Position numbers and translations under genes: made by a program. This document shows, piece by piece, positions 54,040 to 64,000 of a DNA stretch of 64,000 nt. The notes beneath the pieces were generated by a model, which worked only from the letters and a program-made list of their open reading frames with translations, made no database searches and was not told the DNA's origin. Each line of letters begins with the position of its first letter. Within the stretch, counting starts at the first letter, position 1. Source of the DNA: Candidatus Latescibacterota bacterium (GTDB lineage Bacteria > Latescibacterota > CBDEFO01); assembly GCA_965248755.1 (NCBI GenBank), contig OZ252149.1:2272001-2336000 (forward strand), given 5' to 3'.

Positions 54040-56127
54040 GTGAAAGAATATGGCAGCTCAGAGATCAGGAATGTGGGGTTGATAGGGCATGGGAGTGTGG
54101 GCAAGACGTCTCTTGCTGAGGCTATGCTGTTCACAGCAGGGGCGTCTAATCGTCTGGGCAAAGTGGATGACGGAACAACACTATCGGATTACAGCCAGGA
54201 TGAGATCGAAAGGAAAATTTCGATAAGTGCGTCGATGCTGCACTGTGAGCGGAACGGGAACAAGCTGAATATCATAGACACGCCGGGCTATGCCGATTTT
54301 ATAGGTGAGGTGGTGGGAGCACTCAGGGCTGTGGACGGGGCTGTACTGGTGATAAATGCCGTGTCCGGAATCGAAGTTGGGACCGAGAAGGTGTGGCAGT
54401 ACGCCAAAGACTACGGAATCGGCTGCCTGATCGTCCTGAATAGGATGGGCAAAGAAAATGCCGATTTTGAGGGAACATGCGACACAATTTCCAATAGGTT
54501 CGGAAGAGAGGCTATTCCCCTGCAGATCCCGCTAAATCCGGGAGATGGATTTAACGGTCTGGTGGATGTGCTTAAGATGAAGCTTTTAACGTATCCAGCA
54601 GACGGGAGTAAACAGGTCACAGAGGGTCATATACCCCCGGAATTGAAGGATAGGGCCTCAGAGTTCAGGGAGAAGTTGGTCGAGGCAGTGGCGGAAAGCG
54701 ATGATGATCTTTTAGAAAAGTATTTGGAAGAGACTGACCTGTCGGATGAGGAGCTGATCCTGGGACTCAGGAAGGGGATAGCCACCAGGAGTATCTTCCC
54801 TATTTTGTGCACAGACGCTTACACTAACGTAGGAACAAGTGCGCTTTTGGACATAATATCGGATTGCATGCCTTCCCCTGTGGACGTTGGGACTGTTACG
54901 GGCACCAGGCCAGGAACAGATGAGAATGCAGAGCTTGAAGCTTCGGAAAGTAGTCCACTGTCGTCTCTTCTGTTCAAGACTATGTCCGAACCTCACGTCG
55001 GTGAACTATCGTTAATAAGACTCTATTCGGGGACATTGAAATCGGGAGATGAGGTGTTGAATTCCTCAAAAGGTGTGGTTGAGAGGATCGGACAAATATA
55101 TAATCTGAACGGACGAGATAGAAACGAAATAGGAAATGTGACGTCGGGGGATATGATTGCACTGGTCAAGTTGAAGGACTCTCACACGGGTGATACTCTC
55201 TGCAACAGGGAATCTCCTGTGATCCTTCCAAAGATAGATCTTCCGGAGCCAGTGATAAATGAGGCTGTGGAACTCAAGTCTAAGGGGGATGAGCAAAAGA
55301 TTAGCGCTGGACTGTCCAGGCTGCACGAGGAAGATCCGACATTTGTGGCAAAATTCGAGCCTGAGCTCAGACAGATGATCGTATCGGGACAGGGAGAGTT
55401 ACATCTGGAAGTTGTCATAAACAAGCTGAAGCAGAAGTTCGGAGTCGACGTAACTCTTGTCGAGCCCAAGATCCCTTATCGGGAGACTATAACGGGTAAG
55501 TCTCAGGCTCAGCACAGATATAAGAAGCAATCCGGAGGGAGGGGTCAGTACGGCGACGTACATATAAGAATCGAACCCGTGGGAAGAGGCAAAGGGTTTG
55601 AGTTTGTGAATGAAATTAGGGGCGGAGCTATCCCTGCCAAGTATATACCCTCAGTGGAAAAAGGCATTGTGGAGGCTATGGGAAAGGGCATTTTGGCTGG
55701 ATATCCGGCAATTGATTTCAAGGTAGGGCTATACGACGGGACCTATCACTCTGTCGACTCGTCGGACCTGGCGTTCTCCCTGGCAGGATCGATGGCTTTC
55801 CAGGAGGCGTTTATGAGTGCAAAGCCGATTCTTCTGGAGCCCATCTACGACGTAGAGGTGACAGTACCTGAGGAATTTATGGGTGATGTGATGGGAGACC
55901 TATCCAGCAGAAGGGCCAAGATTCAGGGAATGGATACGAACGGTAATTTCCAGACTATCAGAGGACAGGTCCCCCTTGCGGAACTTTATAAGTATTCCAC
56001 CGCTTTAAGATCGATGACTCAAGGAAGGGGGCTCCACACAAGGATGTTCTCCCACTATGAGCCAGTGCCTCATGAATTAAGCGAAAAGGTGATAGCTGAC
56101 GCCAAAAGACAAAAGGAGGAGGGATAA
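54040..56127 (+). CDS. fusA: Elongation factor G-like protein (stand-alone EF-G paralog)
   Basis: GHGSVGKT, DTPGY, KKQSGGRGQYG, H.VDSS; not in an rpsL-rpsG operon. Confidence 0.88.
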   Translation: MKEYGSSEIRNVGLIGHGSVGKTSLAEAMLFTAGASNRLGKVDDGTTLSDYSQDEIERKISISASMLHCERNGNKLNIIDTPGYADFIGEVVGALRAVDGAVLVINAVSGIEVGTEKVWQYAKDYGIGCLIVLNRMGKENADFEGTCDTISNRFGREAIPLQIPLNPGDGFNGLVDVLKMKLLTYPADGSKQVTEGHIPPELKDRASEFREKLVEAVAESDDDLLEKYLEETDLSDEELILGLRKGIATRSIFPILCTDAYTNVGTSALLDIISDCMPSPVDVGTVTGTRPGTDENAELEASESSPLSSLLFKTMSEPHVGELSLIRLYSGTLKSGDEVLNSSKGVVERIGQIYNLNGRDRNEIGNVTSGDMIALVKLKDSHTGDTLCNRESPVILPKIDLPEPVINEAVELKSKGDEQKISAGLSRLHEEDPTFVAKFEPELRQMIVSGQGELHLEVVINKLKQKFGVDVTLVEPKIPYRETITGKSQAQHRYKKQSGGRGQYGDVHIRIEPVGRGKGFEFVNEIRGGAIPAKYIPSVEKGIVEAMGKGILAGYPAIDFKVGLYDGTYHSVDSSDLAFSLAGSMAFQEAFMSAKPILLEPIYDVEVTVPEEFMGDVMGDLSSRRAKIQGMDTNGNFQTIRGQVPLAELYKYSTALRSMTQGRGLHTRMFSHYEPVPHELSEKVIADAKRQKEEG

Positions 56128-56143
56128 GATTTTCCTCAGGTTC

Positions 56144-56749
56144 TTGGAGAAAGAGGCGGCGTTCGGTTACCCTGAGCGTCGCTTTTCTTTTGACAGCATA
56201 TTCAAGAAGAAAAGTACTGTGACATGTCCTATCATAATTGCAGACTATGATCCGCCGTGTCCGCTTCTGTACGAAGAACAAAAGGGCCGAATTCTTGGCG
56301 TAATCGGACATAGAGTCGTCGCCATCGAGCACATCGGAAGTACCGCAGTGCCCGGATTGGGAGCAAAGCCGACCATTGACATCATGGTCGGCCTCTCTCG
56401 GCTTGTCGATGCAAGGGAGTGTATTGAGCCGCTCCAGAGCATTGGCTATGAGTATGTCCCCGACTACGAAGATTCAATCCCCCCAAGGCGCTACTTCCGC
56501 AAGGGTCCCCCGGAAGCACGCACCACACATCATTTGCACATAGTTGAATTAACAAGTGATTTTCGGGAGCAGCACCTGCTGTTTCGCGACTTCTTGCGCG
56601 CTCACACCGAGGTAGCTCAGGAGTATTACAAATTGAAGGTGGAATTAGCTGATAAGTACCGTTTCAAAGGCCAAGCCTACACTGATGCCAAGACGCCGTT
56701 TATCGAATCTGTAATGGCCAAGGCCCGCGCTGAGAAAGAACAAGAGTAA
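56144..56749 (+). CDS. GrpB/UPF0157 family protein (start may lie further downstream)
   Basis: IEHIGSTAVPGLGAKPTIDI, LLFRDFLR, YTDAK. Confidence 0.88.
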   Translation: MEKEAAFGYPERRFSFDSIFKKKSTVTCPIIIADYDPPCPLLYEEQKGRILGVIGHRVVAIEHIGSTAVPGLGAKPTIDIMVGLSRLVDARECIEPLQSIGYEYVPDYEDSIPPRRYFRKGPPEARTTHHLHIVELTSDFREQHLLFRDFLRAHTEVAQEYYKLKVELADKYRFKGQAYTDAKTPFIESVMAKARAEKEQE

Positions 56750-57068
56750 ACGATGAATCCCTACATTGTGCAAGAGGTTAAATAAGCAAAAACAGATTGT
56801 ATTCCTTACGCCAGTTAAATAGTGACCCTAAGCCAGAATTTGATATTAGGAATTTCGCTTGCATGCAGTGGACTTTTGAACTAAATTTTATCTGGAAGAA
56901 TGTGACTGTCCTATGACCAGTCACACTTAACTAGACAGCATTGGACAGGAGAGGTAGTTCACCCTTGCCCCGATTGAATCTATTGGAGGTCGGGGGCCTG
57001 TATTCTGTCTACCGATCCCCGATTGAATCTATCGGGGACTGTCTGCTTGACTATTAGGAGGGTAGCAT

Positions 57069-57827
57069 ATGTCCGGACACTCAAAGTGGAGCACAATAAA
57101 GCGCAAAAAAGCCAAAGACGATGCACAAAAGGGAAAGATCTTCTCAAAACTTATAAAAGAAATAACAATAGCGGCTCGTCAGGAAGGAGGAGACCCCACA
57201 GGGAATCCAAGACTGAGGACGGCGATAGAGGCGGCAAAGAAGGCTAATATGCCACAGACAAATATCGAGAAGGCCATCAAGCGGGGGACCGGAGAAATTG
57301 AAGGGGTGTCTTACGAGGAGGTGGTGTACGAGGGATACGGTCCGGGCGGCGTGGCAGTCATTATTGAGGTGGTTACGGACAACAAAAACAGAGCTGTTGC
57401 AGATATAAGGCATATATTCACCAAGCACAACGGAAATTTGGGAGAGGCGGGATCTGTGTCCTGGGGATTCGAACAGAAAGGTCTGATCGTTGTGGAGAAG
57501 GATGGGCAAGACGAGGAAGACCTAATGATGATGATCATAGACCAAGGGGCTGATGACATTGTGGCGGTCGAGGACGCATTTGAGATTATGACCTCGTTTG
57601 AGGGCTTTGAGACCGTAAAGAAGGCACTGGAGCAGGAGAACGTAAATTACACTGACGCCGAGCTTGTAAGGAGTCCTCGAGCTACCGTAAAAGTGGAAGG
57701 AAAAGGGGCACAGCAGACTTTGAGATTGCTGGATGCCCTGGAGGAACACGACGACGTTCAGAGGGTGTTTTCTAATTTCGACATCGATGAGGAGGAATTG
57801 AAGACACTGGCTGATCGGGCTATTTAA
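57069..57827 (+). CDS. yebC: YebC/PmpR family protein
   Basis: MSGHSKWSTIK, YEGYGPGG, TDNKNR. Confidence 0.96.
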   Translation: MSGHSKWSTIKRKKAKDDAQKGKIFSKLIKEITIAARQEGGDPTGNPRLRTAIEAAKKANMPQTNIEKAIKRGTGEIEGVSYEEVVYEGYGPGGVAVIIEVVTDNKNRAVADIRHIFTKHNGNLGEAGSVSWGFEQKGLIVVEKDGQDEEDLMMMIIDQGADDIVAVEDAFEIMTSFEGFETVKKALEQENVNYTDAELVRSPRATVKVEGKGAQQTLRLLDALEEHDDVQRVFSNFDIDEEELKTLADRAI

Positions 57828-57845
57828 AGATCGGGAGCGACAGAT

Positions 57846-58340
57846 TTGAAAATCTTGGGAATCGATCCGGGTAGTGTGACGACTGGCTTCGGAATAATTG
57901 AATACTCAGAAAAGAACTACAGATTCATAAGCTGCGGGTCCGTACATACAAGCTCGAAGACTCCGTTTACACAAAGGCTGGGGAAAATATATTCTGATCT
58001 GATGGACGTTATAGTCGAGCTTAAACCTGATGAGGTTGCCGTGGAGGATGTGTTCTACAAAGATAATCCCAAAACGGCGCTGAAGATGGGCCACGCAAGG
58101 GGCGTGATCTTGCTTGCAGCGGTAAATTCTAAACTGCCTATCTCAGAATATACCCCAAGGGAGGTAAAAATGGCTGTCGTAGGGTCGGGAAGAGCGTCTA
58201 AGGAGCAGGTGCAGTTTATGATTATGAGCGTCCTGGGACTCCGGGAACTGCCAAAACCCCTGGACGCCTCGGACGCTTTAGCGGTGGCTCTGTGTCACGC
58301 TCACTCTTTGGACAGTAAGTTCAAAGGCTTGAACTTATGA
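57846..58340 (+). CDS. ruvC: Holliday junction resolvase
   Basis: ILGIDPG, DASDALAVALCH. Confidence 0.96.
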   Translation: MKILGIDPGSVTTGFGIIEYSEKNYRFISCGSVHTSSKTPFTQRLGKIYSDLMDVIVELKPDEVAVEDVFYKDNPKTALKMGHARGVILLAAVNSKLPISEYTPREVKMAVVGSGRASKEQVQFMIMSVLGLRELPKPLDASDALAVALCHAHSLDSKFKGLNL

Positions 58341-58936
58341 TCTCGTATTTAGAGGGGACACTTGCTGATAAGGATCCTACCGGTCTTGTGGTGGATGTTA
58401 AGGGTGTAGGCTTTCGGGTGAATATATCTCTTTCGTATTACGAGAAGCTGGGTGCCGTCGGGAGCCAGCTTAAGGTCCTCACATATCTTCACGTTAAGGC
58501 GGATGGGCTTGAGCTTTACGGTTTTAAGGATCAGGATGAAAGGGAGCTTTTCGAGACCCTGATCAAGGTGTCGGGAGTCGGTCCCAGGTTAGCTCAGACT
58601 GTTCTGTCCGGAATGTCGGTTGGGGATTTCAAGATGGCCGTGGCAAGAGAAGATATCCGGGCTATCACCTCTATTCAGGGTGTAGGGAAGAAGATGGGAC
58701 AAAGGCTTATTATGGAGCTGAAAGAGAGGTTCGGGAAGATTGATTTTGGAATCGATGCGCCGATTCTTTCAGACGTTCAGGGTGAAATAGGCCCTGAACA
58801 CGAGGCTCTGTTGGCTCTTAGGACACTGGGGATGGATGATATAGAGGCAAGACGCGCTGTGGCAAAGGTGATAAAAAAAAGTGGAAACAGGCTTTCTGTG
58901 CAACAGATCATCAAAGGGGTGCTGAGACAAACCTAA
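58337..58936 (+). CDS. ruvA: Holliday junction branch migration protein
   Basis: LIKVSGVGPRLA and GVGKK HhH motifs. Confidence 0.96.
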   Translation: MISYLEGTLADKDPTGLVVDVKGVGFRVNISLSYYEKLGAVGSQLKVLTYLHVKADGLELYGFKDQDERELFETLIKVSGVGPRLAQTVLSGMSVGDFKMAVAREDIRAITSIQGVGKKMGQRLIMELKERFGKIDFGIDAPILSDVQGEIGPEHEALLALRTLGMDDIEARRAVAKVIKKSGNRLSVQQIIKGVLRQT

Positions 58937-59210
58937 ATGGCATCGAGGAAGCCTGACGAAGTCATAAAGCACTCTGATGGAGGCAGAACTGAAATCAGGT
59001 GAAAGTGGAAATTAGGGAGAAAAGGGGAACGAAGTCGTATAAGGAAAAAGATAGATAAGAATGAAAAGACCAGGGAAACATGGCACGAACTCTTTGACAG
59101 TGAAGGCAATATTATCCATCAGGACCGGAAGTACCCCCGGAAGTACCCATAGAGCAAAGGTAAAATAGAAGAGGTTAAAAGATAATAGCCTCAGTGAGGC
59201 ACAAAAACTT

Positions 59211-60236
59211 ATGAACGAGCGTATGACTGCCCCAGATCCATTGGGCGACGATTTAGAGTTTGAAGAATCGCTTCGACCCGTAAGATTCGAGGACTTCCCG
59301 GGACAGCAGCAAGTAAAGGAGAATCTGAAAGTATACATCCAAGCGGCAAAGAAAAGAGGTGAAGCGCTAGACCATATCTTGCTTCACGGACCCCCTGGAT
59401 TGGGAAAGACCACCTTGGCGACTATCATAGCACACGAGATGGGCGTGAACTTCAAGCCATCCTCAGGGCCACTCTTTCAGTCACCTTTCGATCTTTCAGG
59501 AATCCTGACAAATTTGAACGACGGGGATATCCTGTTTATAGATGAAATCCACAGACTGAACAGGGCAGTGGAAGAGTACCTCTATCCCGCTATGGAGGAT
59601 TTTGTGATAGACATAATCATAGATCAGGGCCCGAGGGCTCGGTCTGTGAGGCTCAATCTGGACAAATTCACGATGGTGGGCGCCACGACAAGAATAGGTC
59701 TTTTGACTTCTCCTTTAAGGTCCCGGTTCGGGATCATGGAGCGAGTGAATTTCTACAGCGTGGATGAGTTGATTCGGATCGCCAAGAGATCTGCGAGGAT
59801 ATTGGGCGTCAAGATAGATGCTGAAGGAGCAGAAGAGATCGCAAAGAGATCCAGAGGAACTGCAAGGGTGGTAAACAGACTGTTGAGAAGAATAAGGGAT
59901 TTTGCCGAGGTAAAGGCGGATGGGGTTATAAACCTGGATGTGGCAAATGAGGCTTTGATAATGCTGAACGTGGACGAGGAGGGGTTGGATGAGATGGACA
60001 AGAAGATCCTTTTAGCCTTGATAGACAAGTTTGAGGGCGGACCCACAGGTCTGACGAATCTGGCGGCCGCTGTGGGCGAGGAGCCGGACACGATTGAGGA
60101 GGTATATGAACCCTATCTGATTCAGGAAGGTTACTTAGAACGGACCCCAAGAGGAAGGAAGGCTACCCTTCTGGCTTACAGGCACTTCGGGAAAAATAGG
60201 GCGGTAGACGATAAGAGCCAGATGACGCTGCTGTAA
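59211..60236 (+). CDS. ruvB: Holliday junction helicase
   Basis: [27 protein letters not shown]. Confidence 0.98.
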   Translation: MNERMTAPDPLGDDLEFEESLRPVRFEDFPGQQQVKENLKVYIQAAKKRGEALDHILLHGPPGLGKTTLATIIAHEMGVNFKPSSGPLFQSPFDLSGILTNLNDGDILFIDEIHRLNRAVEEYLYPAMEDFVIDIIIDQGPRARSVRLNLDKFTMVGATTRIGLLTSPLRSRFGIMERVNFYSVDELIRIAKRSARILGVKIDAEGAEEIAKRSRGTARVVNRLLRRIRDFAEVKADGVINLDVANEALIMLNVDEEGLDEMDKKILLALIDKFEGGPTGLTNLAAAVGEEPDTIEEVYEPYLIQEGYLERTPRGRKATLLAYRHFGKNRAVDDKSQMTLL

Positions 60237-60254
60237 AGAAACCCAGGAGTTAAA

Positions 60255-60452
60255 ATGGCGTTAAATAAGGAACAGTCTAAGGCTTTAGCAGATAAGCTGA
60301 TGACTTTGGCAAATATCTCTGTAGGAGGTCTGGTCTTCGGAGCGCTTATATCGGCTAAGAAGGTCCAGATTCTATTCATAATAATCGGGATTGTTATCTA
60401 CATAGTACTGACTCTTGTAGGGCTACACTTACTTAAAGAAGAGGAGAACTGA
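60255..60452 (+). CDS. Small two-TM hypothetical protein
   Basis: AGGAG RBS; two hydrophobic segments. Confidence 0.55.
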   Translation: MALNKEQSKALADKLMTLANISVGGLVFGALISAKKVQILFIIIGIVIYIVLTLVGLHLLKEEEN

Positions 60453-60456
60453 CTGA

Positions 60457-60549
60457 TGTGGACTGCACTGCTCTTACTAATAGGGGTTACTATAGCCGCT
60501 GTTATGATCGCTCTACCCACTATTCTGTCGAAGTCAAGGAAGAAATAGC
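60457..60549 (+). CDS. Small membrane peptide
   Basis: GAGGAG RBS; MWTALLLLIGVTIAAVMIALPTILSKSRKK. Confidence 0.4.
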
Positions 60550-60667
60550 TATATAACTCGAAGAGAATCTACATTGATATTCCTATAAGTAGCTCGACAA
60601 AACTTGTCGCATATCTACAGTTAAATGAAAGTTCATTATTGATATTGATGTTTAGGAGTGCAATGTA

Positions 60668-61212
60668 ATGGTAATTCAAGAAAATCTGTTGGCTGGAGAG
60701 AACATCAGACTGACAGGTTTAAGAAAAAGTGATGTACCTACTATTCTTAAATGGAGAGAAGATACACGCTTTTTGCGATTATGGAATTCAGATCCATTGA
60801 TTGAGCGCAGCGAAGTAAGTCTCAATGAGTGGATTGATGAGGCAGGAAAGACTGACCGTGAACTTACGTTTGCCATAAGACTGCACAACCATGAGGAACT
60901 CATAGGAGTTATCGGGATAACGGGCATCGAGTGGCCTATTTGGGAATTGGCATTGGCGAACCGGAAAATTGGGGCAAAGGCTATGGTACAGAAGCCACAT
61001 ACCTTATCATTCAATATGCCTTCAACGAATTAAATCTCTACAGACTTCAATTAACGGTCTTTGAATATAACCCTCGTGCAATTGCCCTATTTGAAAAAGT
61101 AGGTTTTCAGAAAGAAGGGGTATTTAGAAAGTTTATAGAACGTGATGGACAGAGATACGATATGTATTTATATGGCCTATTGAGAGACGAATGGGAGCCT
61201 TTAAAATCTTGA
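60668..61212 (+). pseudogene. RimJ/RimL-type GNAT acetyltransferase, frameshifted near 60930
   Basis: N-half in 60668 frame; WGKGYGTEA...GFQKEG in 60931 frame. Confidence 0.8.
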
Positions 61213-61240
61213 AACTACGATGCTAAAACTATGAACCTTC

Positions 61241-61341
61241 ATTTAACAACTCCATACCCGCTACGTCGCTTCGCTCCTTGGCCCTGACGGGCAATGGCCT
61301 CGCACTGCTTAAGCCGTTCGGGTATTGGTCCAACGTTAGTA
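61241..61341 (+). other. attC-like site
   Basis: ATTTAAC ... GTTAGTA ends with inner ATACCCG/CGGGTAT arms, just after the GNAT gene. Confidence 0.5.
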
Positions 61342-61441
61342 GACAGGGCGCTTTACTCCCTTGTATGCTGTCTACTATTTTGGATCTCTATAATCTTGTC
61401 CAGACTATTTTGACCCGATACTTAAATTCAGAGGAAAAGTC

Positions 61442-62119
61442 GTGATAGTACTGGCTATTGAAACGGCGACGCCCATTTGCAGTGTGGCTCTTCTGGATGA
61501 GTCGAGGTTGATCGCAGAGCGTACATTGGACTCAGGGACGACTCACGCGGAGAGGTTGGCTTTGATGATAGAGTCTGTTTTGAAGGATGGAGATATATCT
61601 GCAGGCGACCTGAATGGGATAGCTATCTCCATAGGACCAGGGTCTTTTACAGGTTTGAGGATAGGTCTGAGCGTGGCTAAGGGGCTATGTTTTGGGTGCG
61701 GATGTCCACTTGTGGCTGTTTCGACCCTGGACGCCTTAGCGTGGAGGGTCCCTTTCTCGAGCTACCACGTGTGCCCGACTCTGGATGCGAGGAAGAAGGA
61801 GGTCTATGCCTGTCTTTACGAAGTGTCCAATGTGAGTCTGCGGAGGTTGTGGGAGCCTATTGTCGTTTCCCCTGACAATATGTTGAAGCGTATTGAGCGG
61901 CCCACGGTATTTTTGGGAAACGGAGCAAAGGTTTACAGGGATGAGATCGTATCGGCGTTGGGCAAAGATGCCCATTTTGCTCCGAAGGAGCTTTTCACGC
62001 CCTCTGCGGGCGCGGTGGCAAGATTGGGTCTTGAAAAGCTTGAAGCAGAAGAGGTAACTGATCTTTACAGCGTTCAGCCTGTTTATCTGAGGAAATCGGA
62101 GACCCAATTGGGTATCTAA
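61442..62119 (+). CDS. tsaB: t6A biosynthesis protein TsaB
   Basis: LAIETAT, GPGSFTGLRIG, DARKKEVY, PVYLR. Confidence 0.95.
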   Translation: MIVLAIETATPICSVALLDESRLIAERTLDSGTTHAERLALMIESVLKDGDISAGDLNGIAISIGPGSFTGLRIGLSVAKGLCFGCGCPLVAVSTLDALAWRVPFSSYHVCPTLDARKKEVYACLYEVSNVSLRRLWEPIVVSPDNMLKRIERPTVFLGNGAKVYRDEIVSALGKDAHFAPKELFTPSAGAVARLGLEKLEAEEVTDLYSVQPVYLRKSETQLGI

Positions 62120-62268
62120 GGATTTGTCAAAATAGTCGCGACAAGACTATAGAGATATAAGGTATCGACAGCATTAAGAGAGAGGCGGTCTGAGGGACGG
62201 CAGGAGGGGGGCCTGTCTACTCACTACTTATTTAGGTGCCCACGCTTTAGGATAGAGGTGAAATCTGC

Positions 62269-62674
62269 ATGTCTGATGCCGCCGCCAAATCTGATCGTCA
62301 AGATGAAAGTAAGTTGGGTTTTGAGGTTTTCAAGATTATCCCGATGGGGAAAAAGCATCTAGATGAGATTATGGTTATTGAAATGGATTCCTTCGGAAGT
62401 CCCTGGAGGGAAGACGATTTTAAACTGTTGTTAAAAGATAAGAACGTGTTGGCTGTTGTGGGAACGTTCAACAGGAACATCGCGGCGTACGCTGCGGGCC
62501 TCTTCGTAAACGATGAATTTCACCTGGCAAATTTCGCTGTCGCAAGAGACAAAAGGGGAAAGGGTCTTGGCAGCGCCCTTTTAGAGTGGATCTTAGAAAG
62601 GGTACAAAAAGAGGGATCCAAGATGGTGACTTTAGAGGTGAGGATGTCCAACGATAAAGCTACTTCTCTTTATA
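62269..62674 (+). pseudogene. rimI: Ribosomal protein S18 acetyltransferase, 3' end replaced by IS
   Basis: TLEVRMSNDKATSLY, then sequence switches to IS; expected GF...Y tail absent. Confidence 0.8.
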
Positions 62675-64000
62675 CCCCCATTCGCCATATTAGACCCGAA
62701 AAATGGTTGTCAAAGTCGCCAGAACATGTTATATTACAATAAATAAGACTCATAAATGGCGGATAAATATTGATCATCCAGAGGGTGAAAGAATGAAAGT
62801 AGGTTTTGATGGAGGAATAAAGCTTGAATTTCATGGTGCAAAGGTGACATCAAACGGTGGACTTCTTGCGTATCGTGACCTTGATTACGCACTGGGATTA
62901 TTTGATTCGGTATCAGCGGTTTTTACCGATAAACGCACAGGCCGTAATATCCAACATGATATATCTACTCTCCTGCGTCAATCGATATACAGCCGTCTTG
63001 CAGGATATGAAGATGTAAATGACGCCGAGCGATTATCCGTTGATCCCGTCATGCGAGCGATTACCGGAAAGAAGGACAAAGGCAGGCAAGCTGCCAGCTC
63101 CAACACGATAGGACGTTTTGAAACTGATATACTGACTCAGCATGACAATCTCAGAAACTTGTCAGATATCAATGGCAAGTGGGTTCAAAAAGCGATGAGT
63201 AAAACACAGCATCAACGAATCATTCTGGACATGGACAGTTCGGAGAGTCCGGTACATGGCCAGCAGGAAGGATCAGCTTACAACGGTCATTTCGGATGTA
63301 CCTGTTTTCATCCAGTGTTCTGCTTCAATCAGTTCGGGGATTGTGAAGGAGTCCTACTTCGCTCTGGTAATGTTCACAGTGCTGATCGTTGGAAGGAAGT
63401 TCTGGAACCGATCGTCAAGAGATACGAGAGCAAGAAGAATAGGAAATACTTTCGAGGCGATGCTGCATTCGCAAAGCCTGAGATTTATGATTATCTGGAG
63501 GGAAACGGCTATTTGTATGCCATTCGGCTTCCCGCAAATGAGATACTCTATGAAAAGATACGATACCTGCTGACTCGGCCAGTTGGACGACCGCCGAGGA
63601 AACCGATTGTATCGTTATATGAATTTCAATATAAAGCGGCCAGTTGGGATCAATCGAGGCGAGTGGTCGCCAAGGTTGAATGGCACCAAGGGGAGTTATT
63701 CCCAAGAGTGGGATTTATCGTGACCAACATGAGCGCCAAGCCAGAAGGCGTGGTACACTTCTACAATGGCCGTGGCAGAGCTGAGCAGTGGATTAAGGAG
63801 GGCAAGTATGCTCTGAACTGGACCCGACTCTCATGCAAGCGTTTCGTCTCCAATCAGGTGAGGCTCTGGCTGTTTGTTCTGGCTTACAACTTGGGCAACT
63901 TCCTGCGACGTTTTGTTCTTCCGAAGAAAATCAAACACTGGTCACTACGCAGCCTCCTCGTGAAATTTATCAAAATCGGAGCGAAGATTGTCAGACACAG
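62675..64000 (+). mobile_element. IS1380-family insertion sequence (runs off window); transposase from ~62793
   Basis: LEFHGAKVTSNGGLL, AGYEDVND, LDMDSSESPVHGQQEG, FRGDAAF, EQWIKEGK; left end begins CCCCC after TATA. Confidence 0.92.

Overview
Bacterial window, probably from an FCB-superphylum lineage (inferred from a FlgD/T9SS-type C-terminal domain). 1-21.9 kb is a mosaic of catabolic genes (DHDPS-like, HpcH aldolase, PhyH dioxygenase, SDRs, GH32, GH127-like, tandem Nif3-like, glycosylasparaginase) and gene scraps next to the 3' end of tRNA-Val(TAC). 22.8-37.7 kb holds Spy/CpxP-like genes, a ~0.45 kb duplication bracketing ~10 kb of mostly decayed genes, and a Tm-1-like pair. 37.9-44.6 kb is a co-oriented minus-strand block: DUF2294/AsnC/KamA-like/GNAT genes with a duplicated attenuator-like leader, then an ECF sigma factor with no visible anti-sigma gene, followed by a ~1.3 kb non-coding modular array of hairpins ending in a terminator. 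This sigma + array locus is the best candidate for an undescribed system. 45-64 kb is mostly housekeeping (glmS, EF-G-like, yebC-ruvCAB, tsaB, rimI), with rimI cut by an IS1380-family element that runs off the window. All calls come from reading motifs by eye; no database searches were run.
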